From: Promethearchaeota archaeon
GTDB lineage: Archaea; Asgardarchaeota; Lokiarchaeia; Sigyniarchaeales; SOKP01
Assembly (NCBI GenBank): GCA_013375475.1
Contig: JABXKD010000061.1
Span: forward strand, 1 to 22,870
DNA length: 22,870 nt
Reading direction: 5' to 3'
The position numbers were made by a program, and so were the translations under genes. Below, piece by piece: positions 10,142 through 18,129 of the stretch; the first letter of the stretch is position 1, and each line of letters opens with the position of its first letter. The notes under the pieces were generated by a model. The model saw only the letters and a program-made list of their open reading frames with translations, did no database searches and was not told the origin of the DNA.

Positions 10142-10540
10142 TTAATAGAGAAAAATTAGTTTACGAATATAATCTTCCATTTTTTCTAAGATCACATTGA
10201 AATTAGATTCGTATTTTAAATCGAAGACTAAGAATGTTTTCTCGTCACATTCCGTAATAACGATAGTTTGGTTTCCCAGCTCTGCGATTATTTTTGTTGC
10301 TTTTCTATCTCCCATTGTATGGCTTAAACCTATAGCACTTTCTAAGACCGAAGCACACATGGATGTGAAGTTATCAAAATTAATTTTTTCTTTAAAATTT
10401 TCTGCAATAAGACCTCCGTCGCGGTATGCAAATAAAACGCCTAATAAGTTTCCATTCTCTTTAATAACATCAATAATCTGAGCTAACCTTTTAACTTTCT
10501 CAGCTTTTGGAAGTTCTAATTCATCCATGCTTAATTTCAT
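10142..10540 (-). CDS. Roadblock/LC7 domain protein (divergent)
   Basis: helix-GVLFAYRDGGLIAEN-helix(SMCASVLESAIGL)-beta strands-C-terminal helix; typical roadblock fold pattern. Confidence 0.85.
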   Translation of the reverse strand: MKLSMDELELPKAEKVKRLAQIIDVIKENGNLLGVLFAYRDGGLIAENFKEKINFDNFTSMCASVLESAIGLSHTMGDRKATKIIAELGNQTIVITECDEKTFLVFDLKYESNFNVILEKMEDYIRKLIFLY

Positions 10541-10593
10541 ACTCCGTTTTCAATAGATAATTTAATTAATGAGACTTTAAATTTTTAATATAT

Positions 10594-12030
10594 ATGAATG
10601 AAGAAAGCTTTTCTGGTGGCGAAAATCATTTAAAGGAATTAATCCGTAATACAAATGAAAGGTTTATAAAAGAAGATTTAACTAATTTTTTAAAAATTTC
10701 AAGTTATACTTCAAACAAAGAAGGAATTATTGAAGCTAAAAGTTTTCTTACCAATTACATTTCAAACCTTTGTGAAGAAGTTATAGAAATCAAAGGGGAC
10801 ATGAATCCATTACTGTTGGCTAAAGTTGACGGTGAAATCAAAGAGAAATTATTAATCTACGGGATGTACGATACACAACCTGTTAGTAAAGAGAAAGACT
10901 GGTTGAAAAAACCTTTTGGAGCGGAAATTGCAGAGTTTCCAAAACCTTTAGATAAGTTAGGTAAAGTTATTATTGCTAGGGGAGCGTATAATTCAAAAAC
11001 TCCTTTATTATGCTTTTTAAATGTAGTGAAACTTTTGAAAGAACAAGAAAAGCTTCCTATGTCGCTATTGATTTTAATCGATGGGGAAGAAGAACAAGGT
11101 TCTCCTACGCTATTAAATACTCTTAAAACAAAAAAAAATACTTTTAATGAGTGCTTTGATGCATATTATCCTTCTTTAAAACAAGATTTAAACGGAACTT
11201 CGGTTCTAAAACTTGGTTACAAAGGTATTTTATCTTTAAACATTAAAGCTTCTTCATCCAATGACGAATCTCACTCATCGTTCAGTTCGATGATACCTAA
11301 TCCTGCTCAAGATTTGATATTCGTTCTTAACGAAATTTATTCTGATAGGAAGTTTAAAATTAAATCTTTAAGCGCTCCTTACAATATGACAAAAAGAGAA
11401 AACGAAATTATGGATAAATTAATGGAAAGCATTGATTTAGAAATAATAAAAGAAAAAGCGGGAATTAAACAAACTCTCTTTGATGATCCTAAGCAAAATT
11501 TTATCGATTACTTGTTTAATCCAACTTTTAATATCTCTACTTTAAAATCGGGTTATTTGGAAAACGGTGTAAAAAATATAGTAGCCAACAAAGCGGAGTG
11601 CAATATTGACATTAGATTTGCTCATAATGTATCAACAAATTTATTATTGGACGAGATTAAAGAGAGAATTAGAGAATTAAAGAGAAATTTAAAATCCAAA
11701 TTTGAAATTACTCATAACATGGGTTATGACCGATCAAAAGTAAAAGAAGATACAATTTTAGTAAAAAGTCTTATAGATAGTTTTAAAAAGCTGGGGGTTC
11801 CTACCCAAGTTTGGCCGATTAGCGCAGCAGCAGCACCATTAAGTCAGATACAAAGCCAAATGGGGTTTAACTTTATAGTCGGCGGGTTAGGGGTCGGAGG
11901 TTACGCGCATTCACCAAACGAATTCGTTCAATTAAAATCGATTCAAAATTCAAGACTATCAAATTATCTATTTCTAAATAATTACAGATATAATTTAGTA
12001 CGAATGAAAAATTCCGCCGATTCCTCGTAA
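10594..12030 (+). CDS. M20/M25/M40 family (ArgE/DapE/dipeptidase-like) protein with atypical metal-site residues
   Basis: LIYGMYDTQP, W..PF, ARGAYNSK, DGEEEQGS, LGYKG, HSS, PTFNI, IDIRF, AHSPNE. Confidence 0.88.
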   Translation: MNEESFSGGENHLKELIRNTNERFIKEDLTNFLKISSYTSNKEGIIEAKSFLTNYISNLCEEVIEIKGDMNPLLLAKVDGEIKEKLLIYGMYDTQPVSKEKDWLKKPFGAEIAEFPKPLDKLGKVIIARGAYNSKTPLLCFLNVVKLLKEQEKLPMSLLILIDGEEEQGSPTLLNTLKTKKNTFNECFDAYYPSLKQDLNGTSVLKLGYKGILSLNIKASSSNDESHSSFSSMIPNPAQDLIFVLNEIYSDRKFKIKSLSAPYNMTKRENEIMDKLMESIDLEIIKEKAGIKQTLFDDPKQNFIDYLFNPTFNISTLKSGYLENGVKNIVANKAECNIDIRFAHNVSTNLLLDEIKERIRELKRNLKSKFEITHNMGYDRSKVKEDTILVKSLIDSFKKLGVPTQVWPISAAAAPLSQIQSQMGFNFIVGGLGVGGYAHSPNEFVQLKSIQNSRLSNYLFLNNYRYNLVRMKNSADSS

Positions 12031-12238
12031 TTTTGGTTTGATAGCTTCTTGATTAAAATATGTTCTTAACTGAAAAATTTATTTAGTTTGATGTTTTATA
12101 CACTTTTGGAAGAAAACTAAATATATTTTTTAGAAACCATTAATATTTTAATAAGAAACTTTTATTATTATTATAATTATACTTTTGAAATACTTCAATT
12201 ACAAAATAGGACGGAAATTGGATTTTAAATACAAACTT

Positions 12239-12811
12239 ATGAATCTTAATAACGACCAGAATCTAAAAAATGAGACAGAACCCGATGTACTGTTTAAAGT
12301 TTGTTTCTTTGGGGATGGAGGAGTAGGAAAAACAAGCCTGATTGGCAGATACCTAACTGGGGTATTTAAAACTAATCAAACGCTAACCATTGGAGTAGAT
12401 TTCCATGTTAAAAAAATAAAGATCCGCAATTTATTAGTTTCACTACAAATTTGGGATTTTGCTGGCGAAAGTCGCTTCAGATTTCTTCTACCGAGTTATG
12501 TTCTTGGTGCCTCTGGAGGAATTTTTATGTATGATATAACGAGATTTTCTAGCTTGAAAAATTTCACAGAATGGATTGAAATTTTTAAAAAAGGATTCGT
12601 TGGGGCTCAAGATAAGCAGTTACCTGTATTGATGGTTGGAAGCAAGCTAGATTTAAGTTATAAAAGAGCCGTTTCAAGCAAAGAAGCATTTGATCTTGCA
12701 AAAGAACAAGATTTATATGGTTATATCGAATGCTCATCTAAAGATGGGAGAAATGTAGAAGATATATTCACAGAAATAGCAAAATTAATGCTAGATAGAG
12801 CTGGATTATAA
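12239..12811 (+). CDS. Rab-like small GTPase (Asgard eukaryotic signature protein)
   Basis: G1 GDGGVGKT, G2/RabF1 TIGVDF, LQIWDFAGESRF, MYDIT, G4 SKLD, G5 CSSK. Start uncertain: ATG 12239, or TTG 12218/12185. Confidence 0.93.
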   Translation: MNLNNDQNLKNETEPDVLFKVCFFGDGGVGKTSLIGRYLTGVFKTNQTLTIGVDFHVKKIKIRNLLVSLQIWDFAGESRFRFLLPSYVLGASGGIFMYDITRFSSLKNFTEWIEIFKKGFVGAQDKQLPVLMVGSKLDLSYKRAVSSKEAFDLAKEQDLYGYIECSSKDGRNVEDIFTEIAKLMLDRAGL

Positions 12812-12815
12812 ACAC

Positions 12816-13661
12816 TCATTTTATAAAGATATCTTCTAATGTATTAATAACCAAGTCTGGATTCAAATCTTTATCAATTTTTAGTGATTGAGCAAGATCT
12901 AATCGAAGCTTCTTAACATCCGATTCTTTTGTGATTCCTGTTAATACAAGAACTGTATTAATTTTTGCCCGATTCCCCGCTAAAATATCCGTATTTAATC
13001 GATCTCCGAAAATTACAGCTTTTTCAGGGGGTGTGTCAGTGTTCTTTAGGATTGCACTAATCCCAAATGGATTTGGTTTACCAAAAATTTTTAACGGTTT
13101 CTGATTAGTACATGTTTGAAGGGCGTTGACCATTACTCCTGCTCCAGGCAATAATCTATTGGCTACAGGGAAGGTACTATCTGCATTAGTAGCGTAAAAC
13201 TGTGCATTTCCTTGTAAAATGCAGTTCTGGGCGAAAGCTAGTTTTTTGTAGTTAAAGTTCCGGTCCATACCAACTATTACATAATCAACTTCATTACTAT
13301 CAGAGTTAAAATTGACAACAGTATGCCCCTTCATTTCCAATTCTTCCCTTAACCCGATTTCACCAATAACAAAGATAGTTGCATTCTGTTTTAAATTAGT
13401 AATTTCTCCTGCGGTGATTGACGCGCTTGTAAAAATATCATTTATTTCGCTTATTATGTTAAATTCTTTCAGTCGATCAACGTACATTCTTCTAGTAGCT
13501 GTAGAATTATTAGTATTATATACAATCTTAACGGAATTCTCTTTTAAATCCTTAATCACTTCATCACTTTTAGGAATTAAGGAATTTCCTCTGTATATGA
13601 CACCGTCTAAGTCAAAAATCGCTAATTTTATATCTTTAAGCTCTTTACTTAATTCTCGCAT
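12816..13661 (-). CDS. HAD-superfamily subfamily IIA hydrolase (NagD/pNPPase-like phosphatase)
   Basis: FDLDGVIY, TNNS, ATNAD, GKP, GDRLNTDILAG, LVLTG motifs. Confidence 0.93.
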   Translation of the reverse strand: MRELSKELKDIKLAIFDLDGVIYRGNSLIPKSDEVIKDLKENSVKIVYNTNNSTATRRMYVDRLKEFNIISEINDIFTSASITAGEITNLKQNATIFVIGEIGLREELEMKGHTVVNFNSDSNEVDYVIVGMDRNFNYKKLAFAQNCILQGNAQFYATNADSTFPVANRLLPGAGVMVNALQTCTNQKPLKIFGKPNPFGISAILKNTDTPPEKAVIFGDRLNTDILAGNRAKINTVLVLTGITKESDVKKLRLDLAQSLKIDKDLNPDLVINTLEDIFIK

Positions 13662-13703
13662 AATAATTTGAGCGTCTTAGATGTGAAATATTATTATCAT
13701 TTT

Positions 13704-14843
13704 TTAAATCCAACCTACAGGCAGTCCTAATAGAACTACCATCAGTTGGATACCAATAGGTATAAAAATTGGATTTAATATATTATCTGCTGTCAATGCT
13801 GGCAAATAATCAGTAAGAAAAAACACGATAGCGCCCATAATGGCATAAACTGGGCCTACAAGCACTAAACCAATAATATAGGCGACTGTTACACCAGCGA
13901 TAAACCCTTCGATCGATTTGACATCGTTGTTTCTTAACGTTATCTTGTGCCTTCCAAAACTTCTTCCAATTAATGCAGCAGATGCATCTGAGAGGCATGC
14001 TATGAGGATTCCCGCAAAATAAACGCGAATGTCGGGGATAATTTTTGCCATATAGAGCATGTAAGAAAAAATAAATCCTGTAATAATGTAAATTTGAGGC
14101 CCAGCAGCGTTTTTTTCTTTATTTCTTAGCATAGATTTTGTTAAAAAATTAAAAACAGAATATTCAGGACCCCACACTATACGAATTATGTCGGATATAA
14201 TTGCGAATGCTAAAGCCGCAATTAAAGCAAACATGGTAATTTCCACAATAGCACGAAAGTCTCCAAGTATAAAAGGATAAGTAGATAGATCACCCCATAA
14301 AAAGTTGTACGAGGGTTCAATTTGATGGATCATTACGATAATCCCATCATTTACCAGTGAAGCGACCCCATAGTAAGCGACTAATAACAAGAATCCTGAT
14401 AAGTGAAAACTTTTCCTAATTATTTCCATTCTGAAGGGAATTTCGTCCCTATAAGGATTTTCCTTAGTCATTCTCCTAATATACCTCCTTAAAACCGATT
14501 TTTCTCGGGTATTTTCTCCTATGTTACTTCCGTTTTTCTCTTCTCTCCTCATTTTCTTTATGTCTTTTCTAATAATCGTTCTAAAAATGAGATTAATAAG
14601 AAGAATCACACCGATCCACCACACTAAAAATCCATTCCATGGAAATCTGAGAAATCTAACAACAGAGTTATAATATCCAAAAATTAGGAAGCATATTCCA
14701 CACAAGATTGAAGAGATTCCGCCATACCTATTTTTTGCTCTATACCCCTTAACGCCAATATAATACATCAAGCTCATCAAAACAAAAAAGAACAACGATA
14801 AAGTCGTATTGTATAGACTTTCCACAAAAACCCAATCTACCAT
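13704..14843 (-). CDS. CTP-dependent dolichol/phytol/diacylglycerol kinase family (SEC59/VTE5/DGK1-like) integral membrane protein
   Basis: RKSFHLSG, LRNKEK, SDASAALIGRSFGRHK, KSIEGFIAG, DNILNP; many TM helices. ATG at 14843; the track's GTG is at 14852. Confidence 0.85.
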   Translation of the reverse strand: MVDWVFVESLYNTTLSLFFFVLMSLMYYIGVKGYRAKNRYGGISSILCGICFLIFGYYNSVVRFLRFPWNGFLVWWIGVILLINLIFRTIIRKDIKKMRREEKNGSNIGENTREKSVLRRYIRRMTKENPYRDEIPFRMEIIRKSFHLSGFLLLVAYYGVASLVNDGIIVMIHQIEPSYNFLWGDLSTYPFILGDFRAIVEITMFALIAALAFAIISDIIRIVWGPEYSVFNFLTKSMLRNKEKNAAGPQIYIITGFIFSYMLYMAKIIPDIRVYFAGILIACLSDASAALIGRSFGRHKITLRNNDVKSIEGFIAGVTVAYIIGLVLVGPVYAIMGAIVFFLTDYLPALTADNILNPIFIPIGIQLMVVLLGLPVGWI

Positions 14844-15154
14844 GATAAGCACTTTAACTTGGATAGTTATGTAATTTTATAATTAATCATCAATTAATTA
14901 TTCTTTTATTTGCTCTTATGATTAATATGTATTTCGAATAATCTTGTAGCCAGATTTAAAGCTTTATCCACATATTATAAAGTTTAATAAACATATAATA
15001 AACAAGATTTTTATATATATAACGAATAAAAAAAAATAAATAAATAGTACCAATCTATTTAAATTATAAGTGAAAATATATCTTAATTGTCTTCTATTAA
15101 ATTATATTTATCTAATAAAAATAGTTAATTATTGCGAAGGAGAAAGTATCAGTA

Positions 15155-15520
15155 ATGGAGTCTGTCGAAACCTTAGATGACCTATTGAAAAAATTACTCG
15201 GAGCAATTCCCGAAGTAAAATCTGCTGCTATCGTATCTGCTGAAGGACTTCCTATTGCTTCTGCGCTTCCGCAAGGTGTTGATGAAACGAGAATCGCAGC
15301 AATGACTGCAGCTTTACTTTCCTTATCCGAAAGAGCTATAATTGAGATGGGAAAGGGAGACTTTGATCAACTTTATATAAAAGGAAGCGAAGGCTATCTT
15401 TTGGTCATGCAAGCAGGTCAGAACGCGGTTTTGACAGTATCTACTACGAAAGATGTTAGACTCGGATTAATATTGTTAGATTGTAGAAGAACTTGCGAAA
15501 AGATAGCGAAATTGATTTAA
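15155..15520 (+). CDS. Roadblock/LC7 (MglB-like) protein
   Basis: AAIVSAEGLPIASALP...RIAAMTAALLSL...QLYIKG..GY...AG..AVLTV...LGLI; AGGAG SD upstream. Confidence 0.95.
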   Translation: MESVETLDDLLKKLLGAIPEVKSAAIVSAEGLPIASALPQGVDETRIAAMTAALLSLSERAIIEMGKGDFDQLYIKGSEGYLLVMQAGQNAVLTVSTTKDVRLGLILLDCRRTCEKIAKLI

Positions 15521-15570
15521 TTTCTCTAATTACCTCTAAAATCCTCTAAGTTTAATACGTTATTTAGTAA

Positions 15571-15587
15571 AAACCACAAATTATTAA
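15571..15587 (+). repeat. Direct repeat left copy AAACCACAAATTATTAA
   Basis: 16/17 identical to 16191-16207; the 13-bp core CACAAATTATTAA is perfect. Confidence 0.6.
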
Positions 15588-15684
15588 TTTTATGCTTAAT
15601 TTTTCATGTTACTCACATTCATCTGTTTTATGGGTGCTTAATTATTTTTAAGATTTATAAAAAAAATTAAAAAATTGAGTTTAA

Positions 15685-15843
15685 TTAAACATTCCATAAC
15701 TCGTCCTTGTTTTTTTCGATCTCTTCGATAGTTGTGGGTTTTAGAGGATCGAAAAGAAAAAGCTTGTAACCTGTAAGAAGGCTAATAATATTAGGAGATC
15801 TCCATGCTACTCTTAGGTACCGCGAAGTGAAAAAAGACTTGGA
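15685..15843 (-). pseudogene. Probable 3' gene fragment without start codon (...RSPNIISLLTGYKLFLFDPLKPTTIEEIEKNKDELWNV*)
   Basis: 52-codon open frame with protein-like composition and no ATG/GTG/TTG; followed on the minus strand by T-tracts (plus-strand A-runs 15659-15674). Confidence 0.35.
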
Positions 15844-16192
15844 TTACATCACACTTATGCAATATTTACGCGATGGATTCGAAGACGCTCGACCTCCATC
15901 TATTTGGAGCAGCGAAATGCAAGATTTATACATAGAACGCCTTAAAGAATTTGTTATTGGTTGGGAAACCACGGGAAAAATAGAATTCACGAGACAAGGT
16001 CCTCCACCTAAAATCTTTGTTAACGGAGAGTGGGTAATTGATAATTCTAAGATTGATTTTATCAAGATAACATATAATGGAAAAGTATACGGCTTAGATG
16101 AAATGCTTAAAAAAGGATGGATAACAGATAAATGGGTTACCGGAATTATAAAGGATATAAGACAAAAGTTAGAAAGTCGGGGATTGTTATAA
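15827..16192 (+). CDS. Orphan hypothetical protein, possibly a C-terminal fragment of a larger gene
   Basis: 121-aa ORF with natural amino-acid composition; GTG start lacks its own SD; frame stays open upstream to about 15770; stop codon overlaps the right direct repeat. Confidence 0.55.
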   Translation: MKKDLDYITLMQYLRDGFEDARPPSIWSSEMQDLYIERLKEFVIGWETTGKIEFTRQGPPPKIFVNGEWVIDNSKIDFIKITYNGKVYGLDEMLKKGWITDKWVTGIIKDIRQKLESRGLL

Positions 16193-16207
16193 ATCACAAA
16201 TTATTAA
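16191..16207 (+). repeat. Direct repeat right copy AAATCACAAATTATTAA
   Basis: 16/17 identical to 15571-15587. Confidence 0.6.
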
Positions 16208-16261
16208 ATCTTGGTACAGTTATGAATAAATTATAACTAATTACTTATTTATTTATTAACG

Positions 16262-17122
16262 ATGAAAAATATACGAGAATTAAATTCAGAGATTAAAGGG
16301 GATTTAGATTCACAAGAATATTCTTATCTTATGGAATTAGACACCTTGGTTCGTAAAAATCTCAGGAGTGCACGTAACGATGAGTATAGTAAGATCTATC
16401 TCGACATAGAAGGCGGGAACATAATAAAACTTAGTTTAGTATCATGCAATTTATCCTCATTTCCTCCCGCCCTTTCAAAGTTCGCAAAGCTGAAAGAATT
16501 AGAATTGGATAGAAACGAAATTAAAATTATTCCCGATTCAATTGAGAATCTAAAATTATTAGAAGTCCTGAGCATGATGGAGAATCTGATTGAAGAAGTC
16601 CCTAAATCCTTAACAAAAATAACTTCTTTAAAAAGCTTAAATTTGGCAGATAATAAGATAACATTTTTACCGGGTTCCATTGGTGATTTGAGTGATCTTA
16701 GTCATTTTGCCTTGGACAACAACCGTCTTAAATTATTACCAGAATCAATAGGGGGGCTTAAATCCTTAAAGACTTTCCGCTTGAACGATAACGAGTTAGA
16801 TAATCTGCCAGAAGGTTTTGGTGGACTCGAAAGTTTAACTGAAATAACTTTGAGAAATAATCGATTGAGAACATTACCAATGTCGACTGGAGATCTCAAG
16901 AACTTGAGCTACTTAGATTTGACAAATAATTGTTTGGAAGAAATACCCGATACAATTGGGGATACAGAATCTTTACAGACTCTTTGGTTGGGCGGGAATA
17001 AATTAAGAAAATTACCGGCCACTATCACAAAATTAAAGTTATTAAACCAGATACAGCTAAAAGGCAACCCTTTGATATCCATTCCCGACGCATTAAGAAA
17101 AGATTCGATTTCTCTCATCTAA
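16262..17122 (+). CDS. Leucine-rich repeat protein (about 10 x 23-aa LRRs, N-terminal cap)
   Basis: Regular LxLxxNxLxxLPxSIGxLxxLxx periodicity. Confidence 0.95.
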   Translation: MKNIRELNSEIKGDLDSQEYSYLMELDTLVRKNLRSARNDEYSKIYLDIEGGNIIKLSLVSCNLSSFPPALSKFAKLKELELDRNEIKIIPDSIENLKLLEVLSMMENLIEEVPKSLTKITSLKSLNLADNKITFLPGSIGDLSDLSHFALDNNRLKLLPESIGGLKSLKTFRLNDNELDNLPEGFGGLESLTEITLRNNRLRTLPMSTGDLKNLSYLDLTNNCLEEIPDTIGDTESLQTLWLGGNKLRKLPATITKLKLLNQIQLKGNPLISIPDALRKDSISLI

Positions 17123-17248
17123 CAATTATTTCTAATTTTTGTATATCTTACTTTTACAAAATTGGCATTTCCATAAAATATTAATTTTATGTTTAATTTA
17201 ATTTATCAATACTAATTTTTATTTGCAATCGTATTAACTAAATTAACC

Positions 17249-17253
17249 GGTGA
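17249..17253 (+). promoter_or_regulatory. Shine-Dalgarno GGTGA for rpo7
   Basis: Archaeal SD core 6 nt upstream of the ATC at 17260. Confidence 0.7.
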
Positions 17254-17259
17254 ATTAAA

Positions 17260-17865
17260 ATCTTCAAAATCTACGCCCTCACAAGTAAAGTGGAAATCCC
17301 CCCCTTTCTATTCGACCAACCTAAGACGATCAGTGCTAGAATTATTCTTAGCGAAGAATATGAAGGAATAATTACACGGGATTATGGTTTCATTGTTGCT
17401 ATTGTTGAAATTCTTAGTGTAGGTCATGGGATCATTATTCCTGGGAATGCCAATACGTTTCATCAAGTTGAGTTTTCCGTTCTATCCTTCAAACCAAACC
17501 TTGGAGAAGTAGTGGAAGGAGATATAGTTGAGTTAGTAGATTTTGGAGCCTTTTGCCGACTAGGACCGTTGGATGGTTTGGTTCATGTCTCCCAAATTTG
17601 CGATGATTATATATCATACGAACAAGTCGGTAATCGATTTATTGGCAAAGAAACTGGAAAAATACTTGAAGTGAATAATGAGGTAAGGGCTAAAGTAATC
17701 GCAGTTTCATTAGGCACTGGACGAAGCGGTAAGTTAGGTTTAACAATGCGTCAAAAGTTTTTAGGAAAATACGATTGGATTGAAGCTGATGTCGAAGAAG
17801 AGTACGCTAGTAAAGAGGGGAAAAAATCTAAGGAGACAGATGAAGAAGGAGAAATTGAGGAATAA
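17260..17865 (+). CDS. rpo7: DNA-directed RNA polymerase subunit Rpo7 (E'); inferred ATC start, 201 aa
   Basis: (M)FKIYALTSKVEIPP...YEG...GEVVEG...FGAF..LGPLDGLVHVSQI.DD (S1 domain)...LTMRQKFLGK.DWI. The track's GTG start at 17290 would remove the conserved first beta-strand. Confidence 0.93.
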   Translation: MFKIYALTSKVEIPPFLFDQPKTISARIILSEEYEGIITRDYGFIVAIVEILSVGHGIIIPGNANTFHQVEFSVLSFKPNLGEVVEGDIVELVDFGAFCRLGPLDGLVHVSQICDDYISYEQVGNRFIGKETGKILEVNNEVRAKVIAVSLGTGRSGKLGLTMRQKFLGKYDWIEADVEEEYASKEGKKSKETDEEGEIEE

Positions 17866-17900
17866 AAATTAATTAGAGAAACCTTTAGTGAAAATCATCA

Positions 17901-18095
17901 ATGAAAAAACTTGAAAAAGCCTGTAAAAATTGTCACCTAATAACAAAAAGCCAAACAGTTTGTCCAAAATGTAAAACTCATAGTCTTAGTGATGATTATA
18001 CTGGCGAAGTTATAATAATTGATCCAAGGAATTCAGAAATGGCAAATTATTTAAAAATTCATTTTCCAGGTAAGTATGCTCTAAGAGTGCGCTAA
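17901..18095 (+). CDS. spt4: Transcription elongation factor Spt4 (RpoE'')
   Basis: KACKNC...CPKC...S.DYTG.VIIIDP.NSEMA...PGKYALRVR; follows rpo7. Confidence 0.95.
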   Translation: MKKLEKACKNCHLITKSQTVCPKCKTHSLSDDYTGEVIIIDPRNSEMANYLKIHFPGKYALRVR

Positions 18096-18129
18096 TCTAA
18101 AGAAAAATTAGGAAGATAAAGCACTATTA

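Noticed and set aside
2039-13998. Short track ORFs 2039-2269, 3596-3841, 5697-5987, 7379-7762, 9747-9941, 10197-10481, 13312-13671 and 13810-13998
   Set aside because: They lie antisense to, or out of frame within, well-supported genes and show shadow-ORF composition (S/F/I/L-rich) with no motifs
14853-15154. 300-bp extremely AT-rich spacer as replication origin or ncRNA
   Set aside because: No ORB-like G-string boxes, no cdc6/orc1 nearby and no stable GC stem; adequately explained as a divergent promoter region
17251-17253. In-frame TGA upstream of rpo7 (and of rps28e) as selenocysteine or readthrough codon
   Set aside because: The TGA is part of the GGTGA SD, homology begins after it, and upstream in-frame sequence is not protein-like
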